DNA of 64,000 nt from Spirochaetota bacterium (GTDB taxonomy: Bacteria > Spirochaetota > UBA4802 > UBA5550). Within the stretch, counting starts at the first letter, position 1. Every line of letters begins with the position of its first letter. Of the stretch, positions 20,788 to 30,754 are shown piece by piece. Under the pieces are notes generated by a model. That model saw only the letters and a list, made by a program, of their open reading frames with translations, did not search any database and was not told the origin of the DNA. The position numbers and the translations under genes were made by a program. The stretch is taken from the NCBI GenBank assembly GCA_963664815.2, contig CAXXHB010000003.1, forward strand, positions 2,720,001-2,784,000, read 5' to 3'.

Positions 20788-21696
20788 TCATAAATCTGAC
20801 TGAATCAGGTTAATTAACTGAATACGGTTTTTAACATTAAGTTTCTGATATATATTATAAATATGCTTTTCAACAGTACTGACTGAGATAAGCATTTTAT
20901 CGCTGATTTCACTGTTTGAATAACCTGTTTTTATCAGTTTAATAATCTCTTTTTCTCTTCTGGTTATATTGTATTTTGTCTGAAAATAATCGCCTGACTG
21001 ATCAGCAGCCTGGTCCTTCAACCGGTCTTTTTCTTTGACCATCGGGGAGGCTAAGTAGAAAAAACAGAAAATAATACTTAAAGTATTAATTATAATGGAG
21101 GATACCGGAAGCTGAATGCTGGTTTCTCCGAGTATTATATCAAGTATTTCCAGCGGGAAAAAAACGACTGCCAGTATAAGAAATGTTAAAATTATTATTT
21201 TTAATTTTTTATCAGATACATTTTTCAGATTAAATACAACCGTACATATACAATAAGCAATTAATAATACAAAGAATGTATTTATAATAAAATAATCGTA
21301 AACAAGATGGTATTTAAACATGGCCTTTAAAATATAAAGGGATAAAGCAGACAGGGATATTGACAAAAAAACTGCTTTTTTTAATAAATTCAATTTCACA
21401 TGCATTATATGATTTATAAACACGGGTAAAATAAAAAGGAAAACCGATAAACCGAAGACTTTTATTGTTTTTAAAATTATTAATAATTGTTCATTACCCG
21501 GAGGGAAACTTTCGAAATATAATTTCACCATTACATGCATCAATTTGGTAAGCATTGAAAATGACAATAGAGTAAAGAACAAATATACTTTTTTACGATG
21601 GCTGATATATAGAAAGACTGTACAACATATGGTAATAAATCCGGTTGATAAGGCAACCAGATAAAGGACAAACGGGACTAAAGAGGGATATTTCAT
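20788..21696 (-). CDS. Membrane-bound LuxR-family regulator
   Basis: About 7 TM helices plus ITRREKEII...GYSN.EI...ISVSTVEKH. Confidence 0.92.
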   Translation of the reverse strand: MKYPSLVPFVLYLVALSTGFITICCTVFLYISHRKKVYLFFTLLSFSMLTKLMHVMVKLYFESFPPGNEQLLIILKTIKVFGLSVFLFILPVFINHIMHVKLNLLKKAVFLSISLSALSLYILKAMFKYHLVYDYFIINTFFVLLIAYCICTVVFNLKNVSDKKLKIIILTFLILAVVFFPLEILDIILGETSIQLPVSSIIINTLSIIFCFFYLASPMVKEKDRLKDQAADQSGDYFQTKYNITRREKEIIKLIKTGYSNSEISDKMLISVSTVEKHIYNIYQKLNVKNRIQLINLIQSDL

Positions 21697-21964
21697 TTTT
21701 ATATTATATTAACCGGGAAATTTAATGCAATTTATAATATCATAAGCTGACGGATTATAAAATACAATGAACTTTTGTCAATTAATGATTTATTTAAACC
21801 CCTCCGGCGATCCCCGGGGTATCCCGGAGTAAAGGCTTTAAAAAGAATACAGAGGGATGAGTAAATAGCCAGGATGAAGAATAAATAATCCAGGTTCCCG
21901 AAGCTCCGTTTGTATGATGAAAATCTGCAACCATAGAACATTAAAAAATTAAAAAACTTTATTC

Positions 21965-22447
21965 TTACTTCAAAACTGTCTCTTTATGCCATGCATGAAA
22001 AAAATCAAAAGATGAACGAATCAAAGGAATTCCCATCCCCATATAAAATGTGTTGAGGTACTCAGGATTGACAATCTGAAAATGCCTGATAGTAATACCG
22101 GTTGTAATCATAACACACATTAAAACATATCCTTTCGCATCAAAAAATGAGAATGGAGAATTTCTGACATTTTTTTTATTCCTGATTCTTGTTATATGCT
22201 TTATTGATATTTTAATGAACAGCAGAATATAAAAAAAAGCGCCGATGATTAAAGCAGTAATCACTTCAGAATATTTATGATGTCCATTAATATATATATA
22301 TAAAGATCCCCGGATAAAAAGCATAGCGCCTGCAAATAGCCACACAAATCCGGCAACCAGCAGCAAGCCCTCTTTATTTATGCCGGGAATGTATTTGGTG
22401 AGTAAATTTTTTATAAAGTTATACATTACCTGATAAAACCTTTCCAC
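21965..22447 (-). CDS. Hypothetical membrane protein
   Basis: Four hydrophobic segments. Confidence 0.7.
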   Translation of the reverse strand: MERFYQVMYNFIKNLLTKYIPGINKEGLLLVAGFVWLFAGAMLFIRGSLYIYINGHHKYSEVITALIIGAFFYILLFIKISIKHITRIRNKKNVRNSPFSFFDAKGYVLMCVMITTGITIRHFQIVNPEYLNTFYMGMGIPLIRSSFDFFHAWHKETVLK

Positions 22448-22819
22448 TCTTAATTAAATAGACTAATATGCTATTTAATAAGTGAATTGATATTTCATGC
22501 TGAAATTTTTCAATCTTATTTTATTAATACCCTTTCTTCAGTTTTTATTTTTAAATGATATTCCTTTGTTTTGAAATTATAACATTATCTGCATGTCCTG
22601 CAATAAATTCATGGCAGTACAAAAGCAGAAGATAAGCTCTGAAACTACATCATGAAATATTCATGGCTGAAATTACCAGATTCAGCACAAACTCCAGGTT
22701 GCGCCGGGGTACTTATTTTAAAAATTTTAAATTCAGAGAATTTAATATTAACAAAACTTCTTTTATATTCTCTATTTTTTTGATGTTGTTATTCATTCCT
22801 GAACAATTACAGAGGATAT

Positions 22820-23899
22820 ATGAAGAAGCTGTTAAAATTGATACCGGTTGTGTTCTGTTGTTTTGTTGCGTTTTTTTTTGCAGGTTGCGAATACAACAGC
22901 GGCAATATGGACATTTATGCAGCCGGGTACAGCATAAATAATTTAAACATTGAGATTCCCGGTTACTGGCAGAATAATTCCTGGAATTCACTAACACCGC
23001 TTAACCAGATGAAAAGCTCTGCGGTTTCCTCGTTTGTCGTAACAGATAATGATGTCTATGCAGCCGGATATTGCGTAAACACTTCAGATATTGAGGTTCC
23101 GGGTTACTGGAAAAATGGCACATGGCTTTCACTTCCTCCTCTTGATTCAACAAAAAATTCCGCTGTTTCAGCATTCGTTGTATCAGATACTGACGTTTAT
23201 GCAGCCGGATTCAGTATAAACAGTTCAGGTGTTTATATTCCGGGATACTGGAAAAATGGCACATGGATTTCACTTCCTTCCCTTAATTCAGCGAAAAATT
23301 CATGGGTTTCATCAATTGTTGTATCAGGAAGTGATATATACACAGCCGGATACAGTATAAACAGTTCAGATATTGTAGCTCCCGGTTACTGGAAAAATGG
23401 TACATGGATTTCACTTCCTCCCATTGATTCAACAAAAAATTCAGCTGTTTCAGCATTCGTTGTATCAGATACTGATGTTTATGCAGCCGGATTCAGCATA
23501 AACAGTGCAGGTGTTTATATTCCGGGATACTGGAAAAATGGCATATGGCATACACTTACTCCGCTTGATTCAACGAAAAACTCCAGGGTTTCATCACTGG
23601 CAATATCTGATAACGATGTTTATGCTGCAGGGTACAGCACTGATAATTCAGACATCGAAGTTCCAGGTTACTGGAAAAACGGCACATGGCATACACTTGC
23701 CCCCCTTGATTCAACAAAAAATTCCAGGGTTTCATCACTGGCAATATCTGATAACGATGTTTATGCTGCAGGGTACAGCACTGATAATTCAGACATCGAA
23801 GTTCCAGGTTACTGGAAAAACGGCACATGGCATACACTTGCCCCCCTTGATTCAACAAAAAATTCCAGGGTTTCTTCGCTTCTGGTTATCAGTGAATAA
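22820..23899 (+). CDS. Lipoprotein with seven 47-aa repeats (probable beta-propeller)
   Basis: FAGC lipobox; DVYAAGYS...PGYWKNG.W..L.PL repeats; last units near-identical at DNA level (141-bp period). Confidence 0.88.
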   Translation: MKKLLKLIPVVFCCFVAFFFAGCEYNSGNMDIYAAGYSINNLNIEIPGYWQNNSWNSLTPLNQMKSSAVSSFVVTDNDVYAAGYCVNTSDIEVPGYWKNGTWLSLPPLDSTKNSAVSAFVVSDTDVYAAGFSINSSGVYIPGYWKNGTWISLPSLNSAKNSWVSSIVVSGSDIYTAGYSINSSDIVAPGYWKNGTWISLPPIDSTKNSAVSAFVVSDTDVYAAGFSINSAGVYIPGYWKNGIWHTLTPLDSTKNSRVSSLAISDNDVYAAGYSTDNSDIEVPGYWKNGTWHTLAPLDSTKNSRVSSLAISDNDVYAAGYSTDNSDIEVPGYWKNGTWHTLAPLDSTKNSRVSSLLVISE

Positions 23900-23953
23900 A
23901 TCAAAATATTCCCTGAATTTAATGCCTGATTATTTTATTCCCCGGAGTGTGCT

Positions 23954-24145
23954 ATGTTAAAAATAACCCGTTACATTATTCCCATTTTTATACTCTCTGT
24001 TACAATATCCTGTAAGAGCTTTGATAAAAATCTGAACCCGACCCCTTTAAATGATTTTTATCCCCCCGGTTTTATATCTGATAATCAATCCCCATTTGCA
24101 AATCAAGCCAGATATGATATTTTTTCAGTAATAATTCTTCATTAA
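23954..24145 (+). CDS. Short lipoprotein-like ORF, possibly truncated
   Basis: GGAG RBS; signal peptide ending TISC. Confidence 0.4.
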   Translation: MLKITRYIIPIFILSVTISCKSFDKNLNPTPLNDFYPPGFISDNQSPFANQARYDIFSVIILH

Positions 24146-24323
24146 CACATATTTCAAACACATATTTCAGTTTAAAACCAACAATTACATCTCTCTGCCG
24201 CCGAATTCGATGGAGAAAATTTAATATTTTATGTTATAAAAATTAAGGAATATTTATTGATTTTTTGTCATAAAAACTGTCAGAATGTTAATTCTGAAAA
24301 AAATACGGTTCAGGTGGTAAAAA

Positions 24324-25025
24324 ATGAAAATTATTAAAGTAAAACATCTTGTCATTATGGCCATTCTTTTTGTCTCAACAAATGCTTTTCCAATAACAGC
24401 TGATGAACTTTACAAGTGGCTTAACGATAAGCCTGTAGGGAAAACAATTAATGTTCAGCTATGGACTGCTCCATTTATTATGGAAAATAATCCGCCTAGT
24501 GATGCAAACAAATCTCTCAAATTTTATAAACGATTTGTCGGTAGTTTATCACCGAAAGAATTCAAGCTTACAAATGGTTCAACTATCAACTTTGATGGTG
24601 TTTATCTGCCAGACAAACTGAATCAATGCACCTGGATTAATGCAACCCAGGACAGCCACTCAATTGTAATCAGCGGTCAGTTTTCCGGCTGCACATTTGC
24701 ATTGTGCACCGGTAAAAATAATAATACTTATGCCGCACATATCTTTAACAGCAGACCGATAACGAATCAGAATTTAGAGGCGGCAAACTTCAGGACAGAT
24801 TGTGGAGAGGGGGGAACTGCTTCTCTTGTTGCAGGTTTTAAAACTGAAAAAAGAGTACAGGGTACAGCTGCATTTGGTTATGTTATAGGCACTTTTGTAG
24901 GGGGATGGAAATGGAAATGGGTTACTATGTCAAATGCACAAAAAAACAAACAGACAATCTTATCCTGCGAGGATATAGTTGTAAAAGACTGGTTCTATTT
25001 CCCTTTACCTGATAAAGAAAAATAA
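24324..25025 (+). CDS. Secreted protein with CNF1/BLF1-like Cys-His deamidase motif
   Basis: Signal peptide (TNA); ISGQFSGCTF...AAH. Confidence 0.6.
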   Translation: MKIIKVKHLVIMAILFVSTNAFPITADELYKWLNDKPVGKTINVQLWTAPFIMENNPPSDANKSLKFYKRFVGSLSPKEFKLTNGSTINFDGVYLPDKLNQCTWINATQDSHSIVISGQFSGCTFALCTGKNNNTYAAHIFNSRPITNQNLEAANFRTDCGEGGTASLVAGFKTEKRVQGTAAFGYVIGTFVGGWKWKWVTMSNAQKNKQTILSCEDIVVKDWFYFPLPDKEK

Positions 25026-25044
25026 CAGGCAGCAGTTTTTTTAT

Positions 25045-26472
25045 TTACACCTGGAATTCAAGAACAAACCTTGTTCCCCCGTTGCGCTCTATCCTTATAT
25101 TTGCGCCGATCTGTTTGGTGAGCATGTTCACCAGCTGCATGCCAAAACCGGGGGAATTTTCAAAACTCATTGATTCGGGTATACCGATACCGTTATCGGC
25201 GATTAAAACCGTCACATTCCCCCCTTTGAGCGTTGCAGATACTGTAATCTGCCTGTCGCTCATGCCATGAAAAGCGTACTTCATGATATTGGTAATCAGT
25301 TCGTTGATAATGATTCCCAGCGGCTGTAATTTATTCACCTCAAGAACAAAGTCGTCAAATTTTTTCTCTATCTTCACTGATTTACCGTTGGGAAAGTTTT
25401 CAACAATTTCATTTATCAGAGACGACAGATAATATACAACCGGCATTTCGTTAAAATCATAAAATGAATACAGTTTATCATACAATAGAGACATACTCTG
25501 CACGCGGTTTCCTGCATCGTTCAGTGCAGAAACTGCGGAAGAATCTTTTAATGACTCTGCCTGCAGCATAAGAAGCGCATATAGGGTGTTCATGTTGTTT
25601 TTTATTCTATGGTGCATCTCCTTTAACAGAAGTTCTTTTTCCAGCAGCAGTGATTTGACTCTGTCTTCAGCCTGTTTTCGTTCGGTAATATCATGACCTA
25701 CAGACTGAAACTCCTTGAGGTTTCCCTCTTCATTAAAAAGAGGGACATCGTTCCACCGGTACCAGCGTATTCCATCTTTTGCTTCTACTTCATGCACATA
25801 GGAATACACCCTCCTTGCCACCACCGCTTTTCTGTAATTTTCCATTACCTCATACCGTGAGCTCTCAGGAATAAACTCAATCCATTTTACTCCGGTCAGT
25901 TCCTCCTTTGATTTCCCCATTAGGAGACAATACGCTTCATTAACGAAAGTAAGAGTTGTATCAGGGAGCCAGATACACACAGCTTCGAGCTGGGATTCAA
26001 CAAGCGTGCGGTATCTCTCCTCACTTTCGCACAGCAGTTTATCCTTGGTTTTATTTTTCATTTTCTCATCAAAAAGTCTGAATGCCATCTTCATAGACAT
26101 ATCAAGAACCGCATCCCCCGAGTTCTTTACAACATAACCGTAAGAGGTTATTTTCTCTGTTTTCCTGACTATTTCCGGTTCAATATGATTGGACAGAAAA
26201 ACTACAGGAATATCACGTTCCCTTAGCATTACTATTGCTGTATCAGTACCATCCATCCCTTTCCCGAGATCTATATCCATAAGAACAAGATCAATCGAAC
26301 TATCCGACTTAAATATTTCTATTGCTTCCAGGCCGGAACCCGCTGTTATAACTTTATAACCATAATCCTCAAGGATGTTTTTCTGTAATAATGTTATAAT
26401 TGCTTCATCATCCACAAGGAGGATTGTTTTTTTACTCCCTTCACTCATAATATATCCTGTATAAGTATTCAA
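25045..26472 (-). CDS. Hybrid sensor: receiver-PAS-HisKA_2 kinase
   Basis: LLVDD/LMDI receiver, PAS, EMHHRIKNN, NELITN, DNGIG. Confidence 0.93.
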   Translation of the reverse strand: MNTYTGYIMSEGSKKTILLVDDEAIITLLQKNILEDYGYKVITAGSGLEAIEIFKSDSSIDLVLMDIDLGKGMDGTDTAIVMLRERDIPVVFLSNHIEPEIVRKTEKITSYGYVVKNSGDAVLDMSMKMAFRLFDEKMKNKTKDKLLCESEERYRTLVESQLEAVCIWLPDTTLTFVNEAYCLLMGKSKEELTGVKWIEFIPESSRYEVMENYRKAVVARRVYSYVHEVEAKDGIRWYRWNDVPLFNEEGNLKEFQSVGHDITERKQAEDRVKSLLLEKELLLKEMHHRIKNNMNTLYALLMLQAESLKDSSAVSALNDAGNRVQSMSLLYDKLYSFYDFNEMPVVYYLSSLINEIVENFPNGKSVKIEKKFDDFVLEVNKLQPLGIIINELITNIMKYAFHGMSDRQITVSATLKGGNVTVLIADNGIGIPESMSFENSPGFGMQLVNMLTKQIGANIRIERNGGTRFVLEFQV

Positions 26473-26696
26473 TAAGAATTGATTTTATTTCATCAAATAA
26501 GGTTGAAGTTAAATTTAAGAAAATCAGGAAACGCAGCATGAAATTCAAACTATTTTTAACCAGGTATTACAGGAGGGTAATATATATAAATTTCAAGAAG
26601 TTTTTTATTATCAGGCATGTATTATTGTTGATAACAAAATTTTTTCTGATATTTGCAACTATGGTCCGATTTATACACTTTTACGGGTGCATAAGT

Positions 26697-27599
26697 GAAC
26701 ATGTCTGTTTCGACTCCGCTCAACGAGCGGTGCATAAGTGAACATGTCTGTTTCGACTCCGCTCAACGAGCGGTGCGCGAGTGAACATTCTCGTTTCGAC
26801 TCCGCTCAACGAGCGGTGCACGAATGAACATGTCTGTTTCGACTCCGCTCAACGAGCGGTGCGCGAGTGAACATTCTCGTTTCGACTCCGCTCAACGAGC
26901 GGTGCACGAGTAAACATGCTCGTTTCGACTCCGCTCAACGAGCAGTGCGCGAGTTAACATGCTCGTTTCGACTCCGCTCAACGAGCAGTGCGCGAGTGAA
27001 CTTGTCCGTTTCGACTCCGATCAACGAGCAGTGCGCGAGTGAACTTGTCCGTTTCGACTCCGATCAACGGGCGGTGCACGAATGAACATGCTCGTTTCGA
27101 CTCCGCTCAACGGGCGGTGTGCGAGTAAACATGCTCGTTTCGACTCCGCTCAACGGGCGGTGCGCGAGTGAACATTCTCGTTTCGACTCCGCTCAACGAG
27201 CGGTGCACGAGTAAACATGCTCGTTTCGACTCCGCTCAACGAGCAGTGCGCGAGTTAACATGCTCGTTTCGACTCCGCTCAACGAGCAGTGCGCGAGTTA
27301 ACTTTCTCGTTTCGACTCCGCTCAACGAGCAGTGCGCGAGTTAACATTCTCGTTTCGACTCCGCTCAACGAGCGGTGCACGAGTAAACATGCTCGTTTCG
27401 ACTCCGCTCAACGAGCAGTGCGCGAGTGAACTTGTCCGTTTCGACTCCGATCAACGGGCGGTGCACGAATGAACATGCTCGTTTCGACTCCGCTCAACGG
27501 GCGGTGTGCGAGTAAACATGCTCGTTTCGACTCCGCTCAACGGGCGGTGCGCGAGTGAACATTCTCGTTTCGACTCCGCTCAACGAGCGGTGCACGAAT
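26697..27599 (+). repeat. Tandem array of 21 x 43-bp hairpin (REP-like) units
   Basis: Consensus GAACATGCTCGTTTCGACTCCGCTCAACGAGCGGTGCGCGAGT; stem GCTCGTT/AACGAGC. Confidence 0.95.
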
Positions 27600-27845
27600 G
27601 AACCATCTAAAATTTATGCACACCACGCTCCCTGAGCGGAGTCGAAGGGTGCTGTTCATGTGGTTCGACAGGCTCACCAACCGTGATGTCGAAGAGCTTG
27701 CCCTGAGCGGAGTCGAAGGGTGCTTTTTATGTAGTTCGACAGATTCAACAGCCGTGGAGTCGGGAAAGACCTGCTTGTTATGATAGTGTCAAATACCGGA
27801 AATCTAATCATGAAAATCCTTTAATTCTTTAATTCCGGTTAAGAA
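27600..27845. repeat. Array tail with inverted units and an AATC-rich terminal arm
   Basis: CCTGAGCGGAGTCGAAGGG x2, GGTTCGACAGGCTCACC; recurs at 29618-29740 and 32450-32586. Confidence 0.85.
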
Positions 27846-27923
27846 AGCTGTATTTATATTCCTTAGCACATGCCGGATGCTGTCCCGGCAGGCATATCAG
27901 CAATACTTCACATTGTTTAGTGG

Positions 27924-27968
27924 TTGACATTTAACTGTTATTAGCATTATTATATATAATAATGCTAA
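27924..27968 (+). promoter_or_regulatory. Sigma70-like promoter with a perfect 28-bp palindrome
   Basis: TTGACA at 27924; TTAGCATTATTATA|TATAATAATGCTAA at 27941-27968. Confidence 0.6.
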
Positions 27969-28026
27969 ATTAAGGATCTGTATCCGTAATAAAGCGATAA
28001 ATAAAATATACCGGAGGAGTGATAAA

Positions 28027-29520
28027 ATGAAGAAAAAATATTTTAATGGAATCTGTCATCTGATATCGGTTTGTATCGTTGCTGTTATAAATATTAATTT
28101 AACAGGATGCGCTACTCTGGATTACACCAAGCTGCCTGATGAAACTGATTATAACGACCCCAAGGTCAACCCGTCAAAAAACACCGGCATAAAACTTATA
28201 AGCAGCTACCAGAGCCAGGTAAACAGAAAATGCAAGGTTCACAGGGACACACTTGTTGCCATGGCCATCTCCGGAGGGGGTCACAGAGCCGCAAATTTCG
28301 CAGCCGGAGTAATGTCGGAGCTTGAGAATTATGAAGTATTAAAAGAGATAGATTACATCTCTACAGTATCAGGAGGGGGTTTTGCCGCATCAATATATAT
28401 GGCATCCCTTATAGATCATATAAACGACAAAGGTTTAAACAAAGGGAGCAACGAAAATTACAGCTTTAATGAATATATCTATCCCGGAACCCTGAATAAA
28501 AATTCACTTTTAAAGGATCTGGAGAGAGATTACACATGGTCCCTGATCTTCGGCTTTCTTAACCCGCTCAACTGGTTTCCCCCTAAAGACAGGGGTGATC
28601 TCCTTGAAACATCAATAGACAAACATGTTCTTGGCCGCAAGTGGAGGGGAAGAAGTCTGCTGATCAGTGATGTTTTCAAGTATGAGGATAAGTCTGAAAA
28701 CCCCGATTTCTCAAAAATGGTTCCATACTGGGTTACTAACGCAACAATTTATAATGACGGGGCACATTTCCCCTTTGCGCCTGAAGTATTGAAAAAATAT
28801 GGTGTTTTTCAATATACACACAGAAGCTGGAGGGAAGATATTGCCGGTGATAATGTAAGCGTGATGCCCCTTGCGGTCGGAGTCAAGGCAAGCGCAAGTT
28901 TTCCTATCGGTGTTCCACCTTCAACATTAAGATGTAAACTGGATATTAACAAAAGTACGTATGATGATTTATTCCTGCATCTGATGGATGGCGGGTGTTC
29001 CGACAACCTTGGTGTTGATACAGCTATCAGAATGCTTGATGAAGGTGCAGTCAAAGAGAAGAAAAAGAGACTTAAAAAGGTACTTCTTGTAATTGATGCA
29101 TTTAAAGGATCTTCATTCCCCTATTCAGGGAGGGAAAGGGAGCCGAACGAGGGTTCCGAAATGATAAAAACCATGAATATCGGCCTTGATTCAAAACATG
29201 TGAATATTAAACATGATCTTGAGGCAGATAAAAATATAGATGTTATCTTCTTTGATTTCGAATGTATAGATGAAAATGATCTGACTAAAATATATGATGA
29301 TCTTGTTTCAAAGGGTGAAATAGATAAAAATGATAAAGATGCCAAAAAAATAATAATGGCCGGCCCGAAGCATGTATCGACTGCTTTTAATGTAAGCAAA
29401 ACAGAGCAGCTTCTTCTTCTTGAGTCCGGGAAGACAGCAGTGCGGAAAACAATCATAAAGGAATCTTCAGCATCAAAAAAGAGAAAAAATTCATTTCTTG
29501 ATATTGTTAAACGGAAATAG
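28027..29520 (+). CDS. Patatin-like phospholipase lipoprotein
   Basis: LTGC lipobox, SGGGHRAA, STVSGG nucleophile, DGG. Confidence 0.9.
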   Translation: MKKKYFNGICHLISVCIVAVININLTGCATLDYTKLPDETDYNDPKVNPSKNTGIKLISSYQSQVNRKCKVHRDTLVAMAISGGGHRAANFAAGVMSELENYEVLKEIDYISTVSGGGFAASIYMASLIDHINDKGLNKGSNENYSFNEYIYPGTLNKNSLLKDLERDYTWSLIFGFLNPLNWFPPKDRGDLLETSIDKHVLGRKWRGRSLLISDVFKYEDKSENPDFSKMVPYWVTNATIYNDGAHFPFAPEVLKKYGVFQYTHRSWREDIAGDNVSVMPLAVGVKASASFPIGVPPSTLRCKLDINKSTYDDLFLHLMDGGCSDNLGVDTAIRMLDEGAVKEKKKRLKKVLLVIDAFKGSSFPYSGREREPNEGSEMIKTMNIGLDSKHVNIKHDLEADKNIDVIFFDFECIDENDLTKIYDDLVSKGEIDKNDKDAKKIIMAGPKHVSTAFNVSKTEQLLLLESGKTAVRKTIIKESSASKKRKNSFLDIVKRK

Positions 29521-29530
29521 ACACTCCCGG

Positions 29531-29740
29531 TGAACATGCCCGTTTCGACTCCGCTCAACGAGCGGTGTACGAATGAACATGCTCGTTTCGACTCCGCTCA
29601 ACGAGCGGTGCGCGAGTGAACCATCTAAAATTTATGCACACCACGCTCCCTGAGCGGAGTCGAAGGGTGCTGTTCATGTGGTTCGACAGGCTCACCAACC
29701 GCGGAGTCGAAGGGCTTGCCCTGAGCGGAGTCGAAGGAAA
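29531..29740. repeat. Two 43-bp units plus array tail
   Basis: Near-identical direct copy of about 27514-27720. Confidence 0.9.
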
Positions 29741-29857
29741 CCTGTTCCTTATCTCTTTATGTTCAAATGGATTTAGTTTGTTGACTTAATCGAGAATTCT
29801 TTTAACTGAAGGTGCCATGATTTGTTATGTAGTAAGTTCAATTATTTACAATATCGA

Positions 29858-30256
29858 TTATTCCCAATCTTCTATTTTAAGTCTATCTATTCTTGAAAAC
29901 TCTTTAGTATTATGCGTCACGAGAATAAGATTATTGCGCATTGCAATGGCTGCTATCTGCATATCATATGCACCTATTAAGCTTCCAGTTTTTTCAAGAA
30001 TTGACCTGATCTCACCATAAATAAAAGCACAGTCATCATCAAATGATAAAGAATTAAATGGAGCAAAGAACTGATTTAGTTTCTCTGTATTTTTAGTTTT
30101 GTTTTTACTTTTTAATACTCCATATATTAATTCAGATTTAACTATAGAACAGAGAATGATATCTTCAGGTTTAAAGCTCTGAAGCTTTAATTTGACAGGT
30201 TCAGAGTCACCATTTATAAATTTAATACATACATTGGTATCAAGCAGATATTTCAT
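29858..30256 (-). CDS. vapC: VapC/PIN toxin
   Basis: YLLDTN, SEL, DMQIAAIA, LVTHN.KEF. Confidence 0.93.
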   Translation of the reverse strand: MKYLLDTNVCIKFINGDSEPVKLKLQSFKPEDIILCSIVKSELIYGVLKSKNKTKNTEKLNQFFAPFNSLSFDDDCAFIYGEIRSILEKTGSLIGAYDMQIAAIAMRNNLILVTHNTKEFSRIDRLKIEDWE

Positions 30257-30477
30257 TTTATAGTAATCCTTTCAATAATATCTCCCTGAGTACCTCTGAT
30301 TATTTTTTCTGATTTCATAAATCCATAGGTTTCTTTAAAAAAATTTGCAGGCCATGATGAGGCTTTATTTTCTTCGATAAGTATGATTATTTCTGCGCTG
30401 TTGCCTTTATATTTTTCAAGCTCAGGTATAACAAGCTTGCCTGACTTTATATCCTGTTTAATTTTTATTGCTATCAT
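30253..30477 (-). CDS. Antitoxin partner of VapC
   Basis: 74 aa, ATGA overlap with vapC, W...FF...YG motif. Confidence 0.75.
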   Translation of the reverse strand: MIAIKIKQDIKSGKLVIPELEKYKGNSAEIIILIEENKASSWPANFFKETYGFMKSEKIIRGTQGDIIERITIK

Positions 30478-30530
30478 GAAGAAACCTCCTTTACATCATA
30501 AAGATAGTTTAAGCAATTTATCCTGTTTGA

Positions 30531-30740
30531 GTCAAGTATCTTTAAGATTTGTTATAATATAATAATACGTGTGGGAAATACTGTTGAATAAATTTTTTTA
30601 TGTATTTAAGGAATACTTTTTATTTATTCAGCTATCCGAACACGATTACGGGATTAAGGGATTTACGGGATTGGTATCACAGCGGTTCTTTTACTTTGAA
30701 GATTCGCATTGTTCATAAAACCGGCAAAATTAAACCGGTG
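30531..30740. repeat. Composite intergenic element, copy A (no hairpin units)
   Basis: GTCAAG end, AT-rich segment, core GAACACGATTACGGGATTAAGGG...AAACCGGTG. Confidence 0.85.
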
Positions 30741-30754
30741 AAAAGCAGCAAATT

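Noticed and set aside
22820-23899. Diversity-generating retroelement TR/VR pair
   Set aside because: Repeats are in-frame coding blades, differences are not adenine-specific, and there is no reverse transcriptase.
26697-27599. CRISPR array
   Set aside because: Units are full-length tandem repeats with only point variants; no unique spacers and no cas genes in the window.
26538-27783. ORFs 26538, 26867, 27598 (also 32333, 32394)
   Set aside because: They are translations of the repeat units, with no protein-like features.
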